Shown here one piece after another: positions 55,360 to 64,000 of a DNA stretch of 64,000 bases. The stretch's first letter is position 1, and each line of letters starts with the position of its first letter. The stretch lies in the sequence record MN850615.1. One strand, written 5' to 3'. Below the pieces are notes generated by a model. That model searched no databases. It saw only the letters and a list, made by a program, of their open reading frames with translations, and was not told the DNA's origin. The position numbers and the translations under genes are program-made. Source of the stretch: Escherichia phage kvi.

Positions 55360-56473
55360 CATTATGTTCAGCGCGGTTCGCTACTCCCGCGCCCGTTCTC
55401 TTACGAACTGCTACATGTCACCATGTAGATCAGACTATATCACATTCTCATAGAGAATCCTGCCATTTCGAATCGCTTGATTCTACTCTACTCGGTTCGT
55501 TACCCTTTCGATAGTCGTTGAACAACTGCATCTTTAAGCTCATTTTGATCAAACGGTGTTCTCTTACAGTACCCGCTATAATTCTTAGCAAAAGGTTTCT
55601 TCTTACCAAAGATCTCTTTTCCTGAATTATGTGATTCAACAAGAAAATTCACCATTTCATCAAATGTGAAACTTGCAAATTTAGCATAAGTTTCATTACG
55701 TTTTGACATTATTTTACTCATAACTTCCGGTCGTTTAGACGCTGAATTTTCGCGTTTCTCGCCAGTATTAAATGATACCAACTCACCGGAAACATATCTA
55801 GGATCATCACAACTAACTCTAAACCGATTTCCTTCCTTATCCTTAACGATAACAGTATTCTTTAGCTTTTCTGCCATAGAATCAAGACCTTTTCGTATAG
55901 TGTCCTCATCAGCCCCGAAATATTTCTTTCCGCTCATATCGGTTCTGGCTTTTCCGGTCTTGTTTTCGGATATTTTCAGTCTAACTTCCTCTCGCTTGGC
56001 TGGGTTATTGTCTCCAGCGAATGCATCTTTGGTTAACGCCTTCACTTTATCGTCATAAGATCCTCTAGAGATGAAAGCATATGCTCTCTTGCATTCACCG
56101 TTATTGAATATTAAGCACAATAACCGATGCGCCTCGACGTGGTCTTCAAACTTAAGCCTAACAAGATTCCATTTATCTAACCGATATTCAGGGAACATTG
56201 ACTTCGGGCATATATGATGCACCTCGGAATATTCTTCACCCTGATACGGATTAGACACCAGTTTAATGTAGTCGTTTAATGCTTCCTCGTTATGTATTTC
56301 GTACTTTCTTAAAATGTCTTTCATCTCGCGCCTCCAATGTATATCAATATTTATATACATTATAAGACACGTTAGCTCAAAATGCAACTGCTGCTGATTG
56401 TCTCCTTAGAGATTTCCCAGCAATTAAGCAGGTTATTCGATCACTGTCACCAGTGAAAGCCCCATATCAGTTT
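55360..56473 (-). mobile_element. group I self-splicing intron in gene 43
   Basis: P, Q, R, S core elements in order; 5' exon ends in U, intron ends in G; encloses HNH ORF. Confidence 0.8.
55500..56324 (-). CDS. intron-encoded HNH homing endonuclease
   Basis: start refined to ATG 56324 (SD GGAGG); HNH motif EVHHICPKSMFPEY..WNLVRLKFEDHVEAH; 3' end overlaps intron R element. Confidence 0.8.
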   Translation of the reverse strand: MKDILRKYEIHNEEALNDYIKLVSNPYQGEEYSEVHHICPKSMFPEYRLDKWNLVRLKFEDHVEAHRLLCLIFNNGECKRAYAFISRGSYDDKVKALTKDAFAGDNNPAKREEVRLKISENKTGKARTDMSGKKYFGADEDTIRKGLDSMAEKLKNTVIVKDKEGNRFRVSCDDPRYVSGELVSFNTGEKRENSASKRPEVMSKIMSKRNETYAKFASFTFDEMVNFLVESHNSGKEIFGKKKPFAKNYSGYCKRTPFDQNELKDAVVQRLSKG

Positions 56474-57675
56474 AGGGAAGTAAGGTCAAAGCTCATCATC
56501 CAACGGTAAGCATTCGGCACAGGTTCTTTTACGAATGCGCCTGGATACGTCTGCTTAGGCTGTATCTTATTTTCCGGTACTACTTTACCCTCAGCTTTCA
56601 GAGATCCGAAGATAATAGCATCCCATACTTTCATCGGGTTATAAACATGGTTAAATTTAATCTTTGCATAGAAACATAGACTATACACCAGATCGATAAA
56701 TCCACGCTTTTTATCAATCGCCAGCACACGATCAACGTCGCCGATGTTATAATCGATGTAAAGTTGATGGTTGTCATCACGCAATTTCTTTAACGGACCA
56801 TCATAATCAACCTTACCGATTCCTGTCTCATATTCAGCAACATAATCTAACGCATATGTTGGTTGAGTCGTAAAGCTAAATTTCTTGTATAGGTCAATAT
56901 AATCAAGGCTTTCGATCCCCATGATCGTAAATGCTTCACGCTCGTTGCCAAAATCATCCTGTGAGATTCGGGATTTAATCTTACCGCACGGGCTTAGACG
57001 GTTAGCGGTTCTACTTCCGAACTTATTACTGATACGTTTAATGATATATGGAATATCGAATGTTTCTGTGTTCCAGCCAGTGAAACCAACGGGTCGGTTT
57101 TCCTCAAAGAATCGGATGTATTCTAACAGCAATTCATCTTCTGTGTCATAGACGTTATAAACAACGCGCTCTACAATATCAGGTCGAAGAATAGACTTGC
57201 TAGATTCCCAGATTTCACCGTTTTTTCCTTTCAAATCAAATACAAAGAAACGATCATGTACGGAATCATAATGCGTAATTGCATCGATAGGATATTTCGC
57301 TTCTTCTGGTTTAGGAAATTCTGGGGCAGTGACCTCGATATCAACCCATGCTACACGGATTTTATTTCGGTCATATCGAATCTCTCCTTTATACGTATCA
57401 GACAGATAGGAGATGATAAAATCATCCATCCCTAGCGCCTCTTGCCCCATTTCTCCCATCTTTTTACGCCATTTGTTGGCCTCGTTCATAGAGGGGAATT
57501 TTTTAGCAATGCAAGGCTTGCCATAGATATCTTTATAATTCGTAACCATACCAGGCGCGGCATGATGAAATAAAGTTGGCGTATATTCAACGTAACGCTC
57601 TTGTTCTTGTCCAGCATCATCAATATAACGCTCGTAGATCTTATCACCTACTCGCTCACATGACAGAAAATACAT
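56474..57675 (-). CDS. 43: DNA polymerase gp43, exon 1 (3'-5' exonuclease domain)
   Basis: start refined to ATG 57675 (SD GAAGGAG; track start is GTG); Exo I WVDIEV, Exo III YNIGDVD; ends ...SFDLTSL. Confidence 0.85.
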
Positions 57676-57707
57676 AATATAAACTCCTTCACTTACGAAA
57701 GACACTC

Positions 57708-57736
57708 ATTATAGGGGAATCGACTTAGTTTGTCAA
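57708..57736 (-). promoter_or_regulatory. sigma70-like promoter upstream of gene 43
   Basis: TTGACA N17 TATAAT. Confidence 0.5.
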
Positions 57737-57757
57737 TACCCCTATCCCATCAGTATC

Positions 57758-58120
57758 TTATCGCCCGATCTGATATTTCTCGATCAGCGTCCACTCTTCT
57801 TTCTGTTTGAAAGACAATACACGGAAATTATTAACTTCGGTAGTTTCAAAATCACTATCAATCAGGGTACACAGATTCCACTGCGCCAGAAGTTTTGCAA
57901 TGTTATTACGGCGTAATTCATCTTCCCACGTCATTTTAACACTACGACCATCTAATTTCAACAACTCCTTGAAATGAACGATGTAATAGCGCCCTTTCTT
58001 CTGGAGAATATGACAAGACTGATACAGTGTCTTGTCTCGATTGTTGGCAATGCCGCAGCGGGTTAAAGTTTCCTTAATTTTAAGGAAGTTTTCAGGACTA
58101 ATCAAATTAATTTCAATCAT
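57758..58120 (-). CDS. regA: translational repressor RegA
   Basis: 120 aa; conserved RegA block TRCGIANNRDKTLYQSCHILQKKGRYYIVHFKE. Confidence 0.85.
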   Translation of the reverse strand: MIEINLISPENFLKIKETLTRCGIANNRDKTLYQSCHILQKKGRYYIVHFKELLKLDGRSVKMTWEDELRRNNIAKLLAQWNLCTLIDSDFETTEVNNFRVLSFKQKEEWTLIEKYQIGR

Positions 58121-58121
58121 T

Positions 58122-58700
58122 TTACCACCTTTCTATAATCTTTTTAAGTCGTTTCCTTTCTGTCTGATTCTTAGTAACACCCGCCAAAAGTTCATCGGTC
58201 GCATACGGTTTAATGTGCTTCAATAACTTGTCCATATATCCCTTTTCATTAGCCAAATCGAGATAAAACCGGGCGTCATCCATATTTACACAATATGCTT
58301 TCGCCACTGCCATTAAAACCAATTTTTGGTCCAATTCTTCTGTTAGTTTAGCCCATTTACCGTATCGTTTCCCCTTAGAAATACTCTGTAAGAGATAATC
58401 AAAATGCATTTGATCTGGGAGGCCATGACCGATTAAATTCATCACATACGCGCTATATAGGCAATCTGCGTGCTGGGAAAGAGCGGTGTTAATCCATCTC
58501 TGGTTATATGCAGAATTGTTTCCCACATTAACGCGCTGTTTATCTAAGGTGATATGATCCATCAGAGCAAATAATGCATTGTCGGTTTTCTCGGTGAATG
58601 TATCCGCTAATTCAGACACCTTTTCCCAATCACGAGAGCGCCATGCAATTTCATGCTCGTTTAATTGTGTATCATCTTCACCGAAAAATTGACCTAACAT
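58122..58700 (-). CDS. 62: clamp loader small subunit gp62
   Basis: 192 aa; synteny regA-62-44. Confidence 0.65.
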   Translation of the reverse strand: MLGQFFGEDDTQLNEHEIAWRSRDWEKVSELADTFTEKTDNALFALMDHITLDKQRVNVGNNSAYNQRWINTALSQHADCLYSAYVMNLIGHGLPDQMHFDYLLQSISKGKRYGKWAKLTEELDQKLVLMAVAKAYCVNMDDARFYLDLANEKGYMDKLLKHIKPYATDELLAGVTKNQTERKRLKKIIERW

Positions 58701-59689
58701 TATACGAACTCCAATTCAACCATTAATTGCATTAACAAAAAGACAATGTGAATCTCTTTATCAGCCGCGTGTGCAAACATCTGATTATTTTCACCGATAA
58801 TCTCGGTCAGACGTATAATCGACGCTGGCTTAACTTGAGTATACAACTCATTATAAAGTTTCTTGACAAATTGAGCGTATGTATTGGTATATCGCGGTGC
58901 AAGTTTACGCACATTAGCAAACTGTTTAGTTTTAAGTGCTTCCACCACATCGGTTACTTCGGTATTGCTACTTTCTATAACCATGCTCAATACGCCAGCA
59001 TCAATTTTACCATGTTTAGCGTAGCGGTCCAAAAGTTTCATTACGCGTCGGAAGTCTGGGAAGTTCTGCTTAACCAGTTCCGCTAATACGCGCATTTCTT
59101 CGACTGGCACACCTTCTTTATCAAGAATTGCTTTACACCGGACGATCATTTCTTTCATCATGCGAAGCTGATCATCTTTAGTCGGAGATCCAAACGTGAT
59201 TGGATCAAATCGAGATCGTAACGCTGGGATAATACCTTCTAGATCGTTTGCTGTGATAATGAATGTTACATTGTTTGAGTATGCCTCAGAGAAACTACGC
59301 AAGTGTCTTTGAGCATCAGCTAGCCCCGCTCGGTCATACTCATCGATAATAACAACTTTGCCTTTTTCTCGTTTTTCTTCATCGAGTGATACACTCTGCG
59401 CAAAGCGTGTAATCTCATCTCGGATAAAATCAATCTTACAATCTGCGCCGTTAACAAACAGATAATCAACACCCACATCTTCGCAAAGCGCCTTAGCAAC
59501 GGTTGTTTTACCAGTACCCGGCGATGGGCTATGCAGAATCATTGAAGGGATTCGGCCTTGCTTAACAATCTGCGCGAAGATCTTTTTATCTGCTTCCGGC
59601 AGAATACATTCAGAAATTGATTTCGGACGGTATTTCTGTTCCCACTGAAACTCATTTTCATTAACACTCAGCATATAATCACCTCTCAC
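58700..59689 (-). CDS. 44: clamp loader large subunit gp44 (RFC-like AAA+)
   Basis: 329 aa; Walker A SPSPGTGKTT, Walker B IIDEYD, SRC-like motif. Confidence 0.85.
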   Translation of the reverse strand: MRGDYMLSVNENEFQWEQKYRPKSISECILPEADKKIFAQIVKQGRIPSMILHSPSPGTGKTTVAKALCEDVGVDYLFVNGADCKIDFIRDEITRFAQSVSLDEEKREKGKVVIIDEYDRAGLADAQRHLRSFSEAYSNNVTFIITANDLEGIIPALRSRFDPITFGSPTKDDQLRMMKEMIVRCKAILDKEGVPVEEMRVLAELVKQNFPDFRRVMKLLDRYAKHGKIDAGVLSMVIESSNTEVTDVVEALKTKQFANVRKLAPRYTNTYAQFVKKLYNELYTQVKPASIIRLTEIIGENNQMFAHAADKEIHIVFLLMQLMVELEFV

Positions 59690-59739
59690 AAATTACATCA
59701 TTAAAACGGGGAGTATTTATACTCCCCACAAACATTATA

Positions 59740-60429
59740 TTAGTCGGTGTAGCTGGAGTCAAGGTCACACGCGATCATATAAGATACGGTTTCACTTGCC
59801 AGCCATACAGCCTTACGGCGAGTGAAGCTCAGTTTGTAATCGCCGAAGTCAGTAGCAACCAGTTTCATGTTATCTTTACGAATAAAGAAATGGAAGTCTG
59901 CGGTTCCGGTATATTCGCCCATATCAAGACAAAACATCTCATTAGGATTATTTTTGTCAATCTCTTCCCAACCTTTGATCATCAGACGACCATCAATCGG
60001 AAGAAATTCAAGGCGATCCACTTTAAGCTGATTGCTCATTTTCATAAGCTGTTTCAGATCGTCGTTGCTCAGTTCGTAATCTACATCGCTTGCAGGTGGA
60101 GTAACTCGGCCTTTCGGTGATACGATAGCAGCAGCACTAGCACCAGGGTAATTAATTTTCAGACGATCATTAGACACACGAATGTTTCCGGTGCGGTCAT
60201 CAACCGTAATATCTGCTTCATCGCCTACCAGATTCAGAATACCCAGGAAAGAGTTAAGATCATAGATCCCGATTTCGTGTTCCAGTTCTTGATTCAGAGT
60301 CGCTTCACCATATACAACGTTTGTCATGTTTTTGGTGATTAGGACGTTTCCTTTTTTCAGGATGATACCTGGGTTAATAGCGGAAAAGTTTTTCATGGTA
60401 GCAATGGTTTCTTTAGTCAGTTTCATCAA
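59740..60429 (-). CDS. 45: sliding clamp gp45
   Basis: 229 aa; size and position of T4 gp45. Confidence 0.75.
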   Translation of the reverse strand: MMKLTKETIATMKNFSAINPGIILKKGNVLITKNMTNVVYGEATLNQELEHEIGIYDLNSFLGILNLVGDEADITVDDRTGNIRVSNDRLKINYPGASAAAIVSPKGRVTPPASDVDYELSNDDLKQLMKMSNQLKVDRLEFLPIDGRLMIKGWEEIDKNNPNEMFCLDMGEYTGTADFHFFIRKDNMKLVATDFGDYKLSFTRRKAVWLASETVSYMIACDLDSSYTD

Positions 60430-60456
60430 ATCACCTTTATCATGTTAATCAATTAA

Positions 60457-60855
60457 TTACGGGTTTACTTCGTGCTCATTTTGAATCTTTAGCATTCTTT
60501 CGATAAATTTTTTCTCGGCTTCCTTGTCGGATGAGTGAGTATACTTCAATCCAATGTAAGCTGTCAAGTATTGTTGCAGAGCATAGACAGTAACAGGATT
60601 CTTTGCGGTCTTTTTGCCGTCGAGATATACCAGATCACCACGAACATCAAACGCAAGTTTACGACGAATCACATCATCAACAAATTTATCTAGAACAAAA
60701 TACCACTCAATACACTCTATCCCGTGACGGTAGTTCATTACATCATTATCTTTGATATAGTCAAACGGAATATGACATAATTTACTATTTTGTAGGATGA
60801 ATAGCATTTGTTCTTTTAAGCTCATACGTTTCATTCTATCACTTCCCATCAGCAA
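60457..60855 (-). CDS. hypothetical protein (T4 rpbA position)
   Basis: 132-aa ORF. Confidence 0.4.
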   Translation of the reverse strand: MLMGSDRMKRMSLKEQMLFILQNSKLCHIPFDYIKDNDVMNYRHGIECIEWYFVLDKFVDDVIRRKLAFDVRGDLVYLDGKKTAKNPVTVYALQQYLTAYIGLKYTHSSDKEAEKKFIERMLKIQNEHEVNP

Positions 60856-61231
60856 TTGCGATTAGACGAGTTACTACTACGCTAGCGGCTTCAATCAGCA
60901 GTTCATCAGTATCAATCTGATAACCCTTTTCGAGAATATCTTTACCTCGAATAGTTTTAGCGCCTTTAGCAATTGAATCATCGTAATACTTGCGCATTGC
61001 CGCGATCCATTCTTTTTGCACCATATCATCAATATGCGCGTACAGTTCAAAGCGTGCTTGCTGCGGGATAACCTTCATTTTAGCTTTCTCGCTTTCCGGC
61101 ATTTGTAGTACCCACGCTTTACGGATCTTGTTCATTGCTCGGTCAAATTCGAGACTGGTTTTCTTGTTCTGAATGTCTGCTACAGTAATTTTAGCCAGGT
61201 TTGCGGAAGTAGTCATAATATTAATCTCCAA
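60839..61231 (-). CDS. hypothetical protein
   Basis: 130-aa ORF. Confidence 0.4.
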   Translation of the reverse strand: MEINIMTTSANLAKITVADIQNKKTSLEFDRAMNKIRKAWVLQMPESEKAKMKVIPQQARFELYAHIDDMVQKEWIAAMRKYYDDSIAKGAKTIRGKDILEKGYQIDTDELLIEAASVVVTRLIAIADGK

Positions 61232-61246
61232 AATAAAATCAGTATA

Positions 61247-61477
61247 TCACGTTCTAAAGTTTGTTGCAACCCCAGCATCAGGGTAATCAAGTTTATCAAA
61301 GTTTGGGACCAGCATAAACTCATGATGACGACAAGACAACATTTTTGTTATGTCTTCATCGCTGTATATGCTGTTTTTCATATCCCCCATACTAACTACA
61401 TATTCTTCACCGGAATATAGATTGATTAAGGTATACAATTCTAACTCCGGCTGCGTTACTCTGTCAAATGTTAACAT
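61247..61477 (-). CDS. hypothetical protein
   Basis: 76-aa ORF. Confidence 0.4.
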   Translation of the reverse strand: MLTFDRVTQPELELYTLINLYSGEEYVVSMGDMKNSIYSDEDITKMLSCRHHEFMLVPNFDKLDYPDAGVATNFRT

Positions 61478-63146
61478 TCATTTCAGTGAATCGCCCACGT
61501 TTAACCATCTTGAGATGACGGCTAAAATCATCAGGGTTATGGTCACGATGGCTGATAATATACACGTTATCATCTAACTTGTCAATGATGGAATCAAGTG
61601 CTTTTACGCCTTGAACGTCCGTAGCCCCATCATAAATTTCGTCGAGTACCAACAAAGAAATGTTAGTACCAGATACTTTACCAGCAACATCACGCCATGT
61701 AAAGAGCATCGCAAGGTCAATACGTGCTTTTTCGCCTTGACTGAACGATGTATACGAAAACGATTCACGCCCCCGTGATTTGATTGTTTCGTTAAACTCT
61801 TCATCTAGCGTAAAGATATAATCCGCTTCCATGATATCAAGATAATACGCAATCCGATCATTGAAATATGGAATATATTTCTTGACGATAGACGCCTTAA
61901 CACCGGAATCCTTCAACATTTCTGTTACAAATCCACGGTGATATTTTTCAAGAACTAGCTTTGATTTTTCATTAGTAATCTCTACCAGTTCGTGTTCCAG
62001 TTTAGCAAGTTCTTCGGAATTGTCAACCCTTTCTTTTTGTAATTCCTGAATTGCTTTCTGGATCTGTTTAGCCCGACCTACAGATGCCGTTAAATTCGCT
62101 CTCTGTGACTCTATAGCGCGTTTAATTTCCAAGACCTTAGTTTGTGCTGTCTGGAAAGAATTGGCTTTCTCTGCGTATTCTACGCGTTTCTCGTCAATAA
62201 GAGACAGTTTATGTTCGGCTTGTGCTTTTTGTTCGCGTACAGCCTGATCATTACCCTGAATGATCGGTTGTGTGCACGTAGGACAGATCCCGCCTTTCTC
62301 GTGCATATGGATAACACGGTCAAAGTTCTGGATCTGCGCACCAATCTGTGCGATAGCAGTATTAATTTTAGCCAATGCTGCGCTAGGATCTTCCGGCATA
62401 ACAACAGACAATAGCTCATCGGTCAAGCGCGTTTCTTCGGCTTTAAACGCTTTAGCTGATTCTACTTCTTTCTCGTACATATTCTGCAAACGCTGTAGAT
62501 TCTCGGCACTCGCCTTGCTAGCGTCTTCTATGTACTTTTTATGAGTGTTGATTTGTTGCTGAACGTGATTAGCTTTCATTTCCTGCATTTGGATATTCTG
62601 GGTAATCTCGCGCACATACGCTTTATTCAGTTTATCCATTTCGCCTAGCGTAGCAATATCAAGCAAATCCTCGACCAGTTTACGGCGACCCGCTGCCGGA
62701 AGACTCATAAACGGAACATAACCAGCAGTTCCTAAAACAACGATCTGTTTAAAGCTGGCTAGGTTCATTCCTATGATACCTTCAAAATATTCCTGAAAGT
62801 CTTTGGTGCTTGCGCTCTCGTCGATCTTTTGACCGTCGCGATGCACTTCGAATACTTCCGGTTTTTGACCACGTTTGATATAAAACTCTTTCCCGTCCAG
62901 TTCAAACCAGACTTCGACTAACAGTTTCTTTTTGTTGACGCTGTTAATCAATTGGCCTTTCTTGATACTACGAAACGGTTTACCGAACAACACAAAGCAA
63001 AGCGCCTCGATCATTGTTGATTTACCAGCACCGTTAACACCAGTGATTAGTGTCTTTTTGAATCCGTCTAGCTGAATCTCTACAGGTTCAGCACCCACGC
63101 TCATTATATTTTGATAGCGCAAGGTTTTAAAATTTAACTTTGCCAT
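61464..63146 (-). CDS. 46: recombination endonuclease subunit gp46 (Rad50/SbcC-like)
   Basis: start refined to ATG 63146; Walker A GVNGAGKST, central coiled coil with CPTC zinc hook, C-terminal LLVLDEIYDG. Confidence 0.9.
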   Translation of the reverse strand: MAKLNFKTLRYQNIMSVGAEPVEIQLDGFKKTLITGVNGAGKSTMIEALCFVLFGKPFRSIKKGQLINSVNKKKLLVEVWFELDGKEFYIKRGQKPEVFEVHRDGQKIDESASTKDFQEYFEGIIGMNLASFKQIVVLGTAGYVPFMSLPAAGRRKLVEDLLDIATLGEMDKLNKAYVREITQNIQMQEMKANHVQQQINTHKKYIEDASKASAENLQRLQNMYEKEVESAKAFKAEETRLTDELLSVVMPEDPSAALAKINTAIAQIGAQIQNFDRVIHMHEKGGICPTCTQPIIQGNDQAVREQKAQAEHKLSLIDEKRVEYAEKANSFQTAQTKVLEIKRAIESQRANLTASVGRAKQIQKAIQELQKERVDNSEELAKLEHELVEITNEKSKLVLEKYHRGFVTEMLKDSGVKASIVKKYIPYFNDRIAYYLDIMEADYIFTLDEEFNETIKSRGRESFSYTSFSQGEKARIDLAMLFTWRDVAGKVSGTNISLLVLDEIYDGATDVQGVKALDSIIDKLDDNVYIISHRDHNPDDFSRHLKMVKRGRFTEMNVNI

Positions 63147-63390
63147 TAATCCACTCCGCAATCACACATTCCATAATATTAAATGCTAACACATCTTCAT
63201 CAATGTTGTAAACACTTGCCGCCTTCACTTTAACTAATGTGTCTCTGCGATCTGGCAACATGATCACATAATCCAGTGTCGCAGGATCATATGTCATAAA
63301 GGGATCAACATAAATCCCTTTATTCAATGCCAGATATTCGCGAAGACCTTCTATAACCCTGTGTCTAAGGTAGGTCATCGATAGAATCAT
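63127..63390 (-). CDS. hypothetical protein
   Basis: 87-aa ORF overlapping gp46 start. Confidence 0.35.
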   Translation of the reverse strand: MILSMTYLRHRVIEGLREYLALNKGIYVDPFMTYDPATLDYVIMLPDRRDTLVKVKAASVYNIDEDVLAFNIMECVIAEWINGKVKF

Positions 63391-64000
63391 TTTAGTTTAT
63401 GTTCCTCTAAAAATTCTTCAATTTCACCTTGCAGGTCTTCCGCTTGCTGTTCCAGAATATCGCGAAATTCACCTACAGTCAAGCGGTAATCACATTTCAC
63501 CAGTCGATGCGGGAGAATATACCCTTTATACATTGTCTCTGACGCTTCCAGGAATACCCCACTATGCATGACAGAGATCCAACCTGTTAACGTCAATGGA
63601 GTATTCGGAAAATAATACTTGCTGGATTGTTTCCACTGTACGAAAGCACCATATACAATCGGATTATATTCACCAACCACACTCTTAATAATGGATTCTA
63701 CTTTGTCTTTTACAAAGTCGCCAATGTCCATAGTTACCATCAAATCCTGTGGATGAATCACTTTAAGGTAACGACGATAACCGTCATCATACCACATCTT
63801 AACCACTGGCTGACCCCACATTTTAGCAATACTCGCTTTCAGATAGCCATAGATCGGATTCTTGCAATGTGATTGTTTTAGTGTGTATGTGTGCACCAAT
63901 TTAATAAAATGTTCCATTACCAACAAATCAGAATCAGCCGCGACCATAGTCGTATTCATAATATGTTCCTCGTTCAATCTCATATTGTTTCAGGTCTTCT
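63387..64000 (-). CDS. 47: probable gp47 (Mre11/SbcD-like) C-terminal part; 5' end likely outside window
   Basis: frame remains open upstream of the track ATG to the window edge; synteny upstream of 46; phosphoesterase motifs not visible in this portion. Confidence 0.35.

Noticed and set aside
53883-57705. Gene 43 as two independently translated polymerase fragments separated by a free-standing endonuclease gene
   Set aside because: Exon 2 frame is open up to a TAA directly abutting the conserved YPSII codons with no start codon or RBS there; splice junction restores the SLYPS motif exactly and the intervening RNA has P/Q/R/S group I elements.

Overview
This window reads as a contiguous 64-kb segment of a T4-like (Tevenvirinae-type) myovirus genome, densely packed with about 95 CDS and no rRNA, tRNA or CRISPR array. 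Gene order matches the T4 map (established knowledge) running cd-pseT-rnlA-denA-nrdB-nrdA-td-frd-32-59-33-dsbA-rnh on the minus strand, then the late long-tail-fibre block 34-35-36-37-38 plus holin t on the plus strand, then a long minus-strand early/middle block 52-rIIB-rIIA-39-dexA-dda-56-61-41-40-uvsX-43-regA-62-44-45-46-(47). Assignments rest on conserved motifs read from the ORF translations and on synteny; no database search was possible, so product names are family-level calls. Minus-strand early genes are organised as small cassettes with sigma70-like promoters (TTGACA-N16-18-TATAAT-like) and GC-hairpin/U-tract terminators; two plus-strand late genes have TATAAATA late-promoter boxes. 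Departures from the T4 layout are the most interesting part: (1) the DNA polymerase gene 43 is interrupted by a 1.1-kb group I intron carrying an HNH homing endonuclease; (2) a CYTH/triphosphate-tunnel-metalloenzyme protein sits between dsbA and rnh; (3) a secreted DUF1311 (LprI-like) protein lies in the variable region between t and 52; (4) thymidylate synthase carries a roughly 130-residue in-frame insertion; (5) two free-standing HNH-AP2 homing endonucleases; (6) gene 39 is a single fused ORF, gp38 is a glycine-rich T2-type adhesin, and the 43-uvsX interval lacks the genes T4 has there (imm, 42, beta-gt). Several ORF-track starts appear 5'-extended (some begin at GTG or run into promoters); refined starts are given where an ATG with a Shine-Dalgarno sequence was checked by hand.
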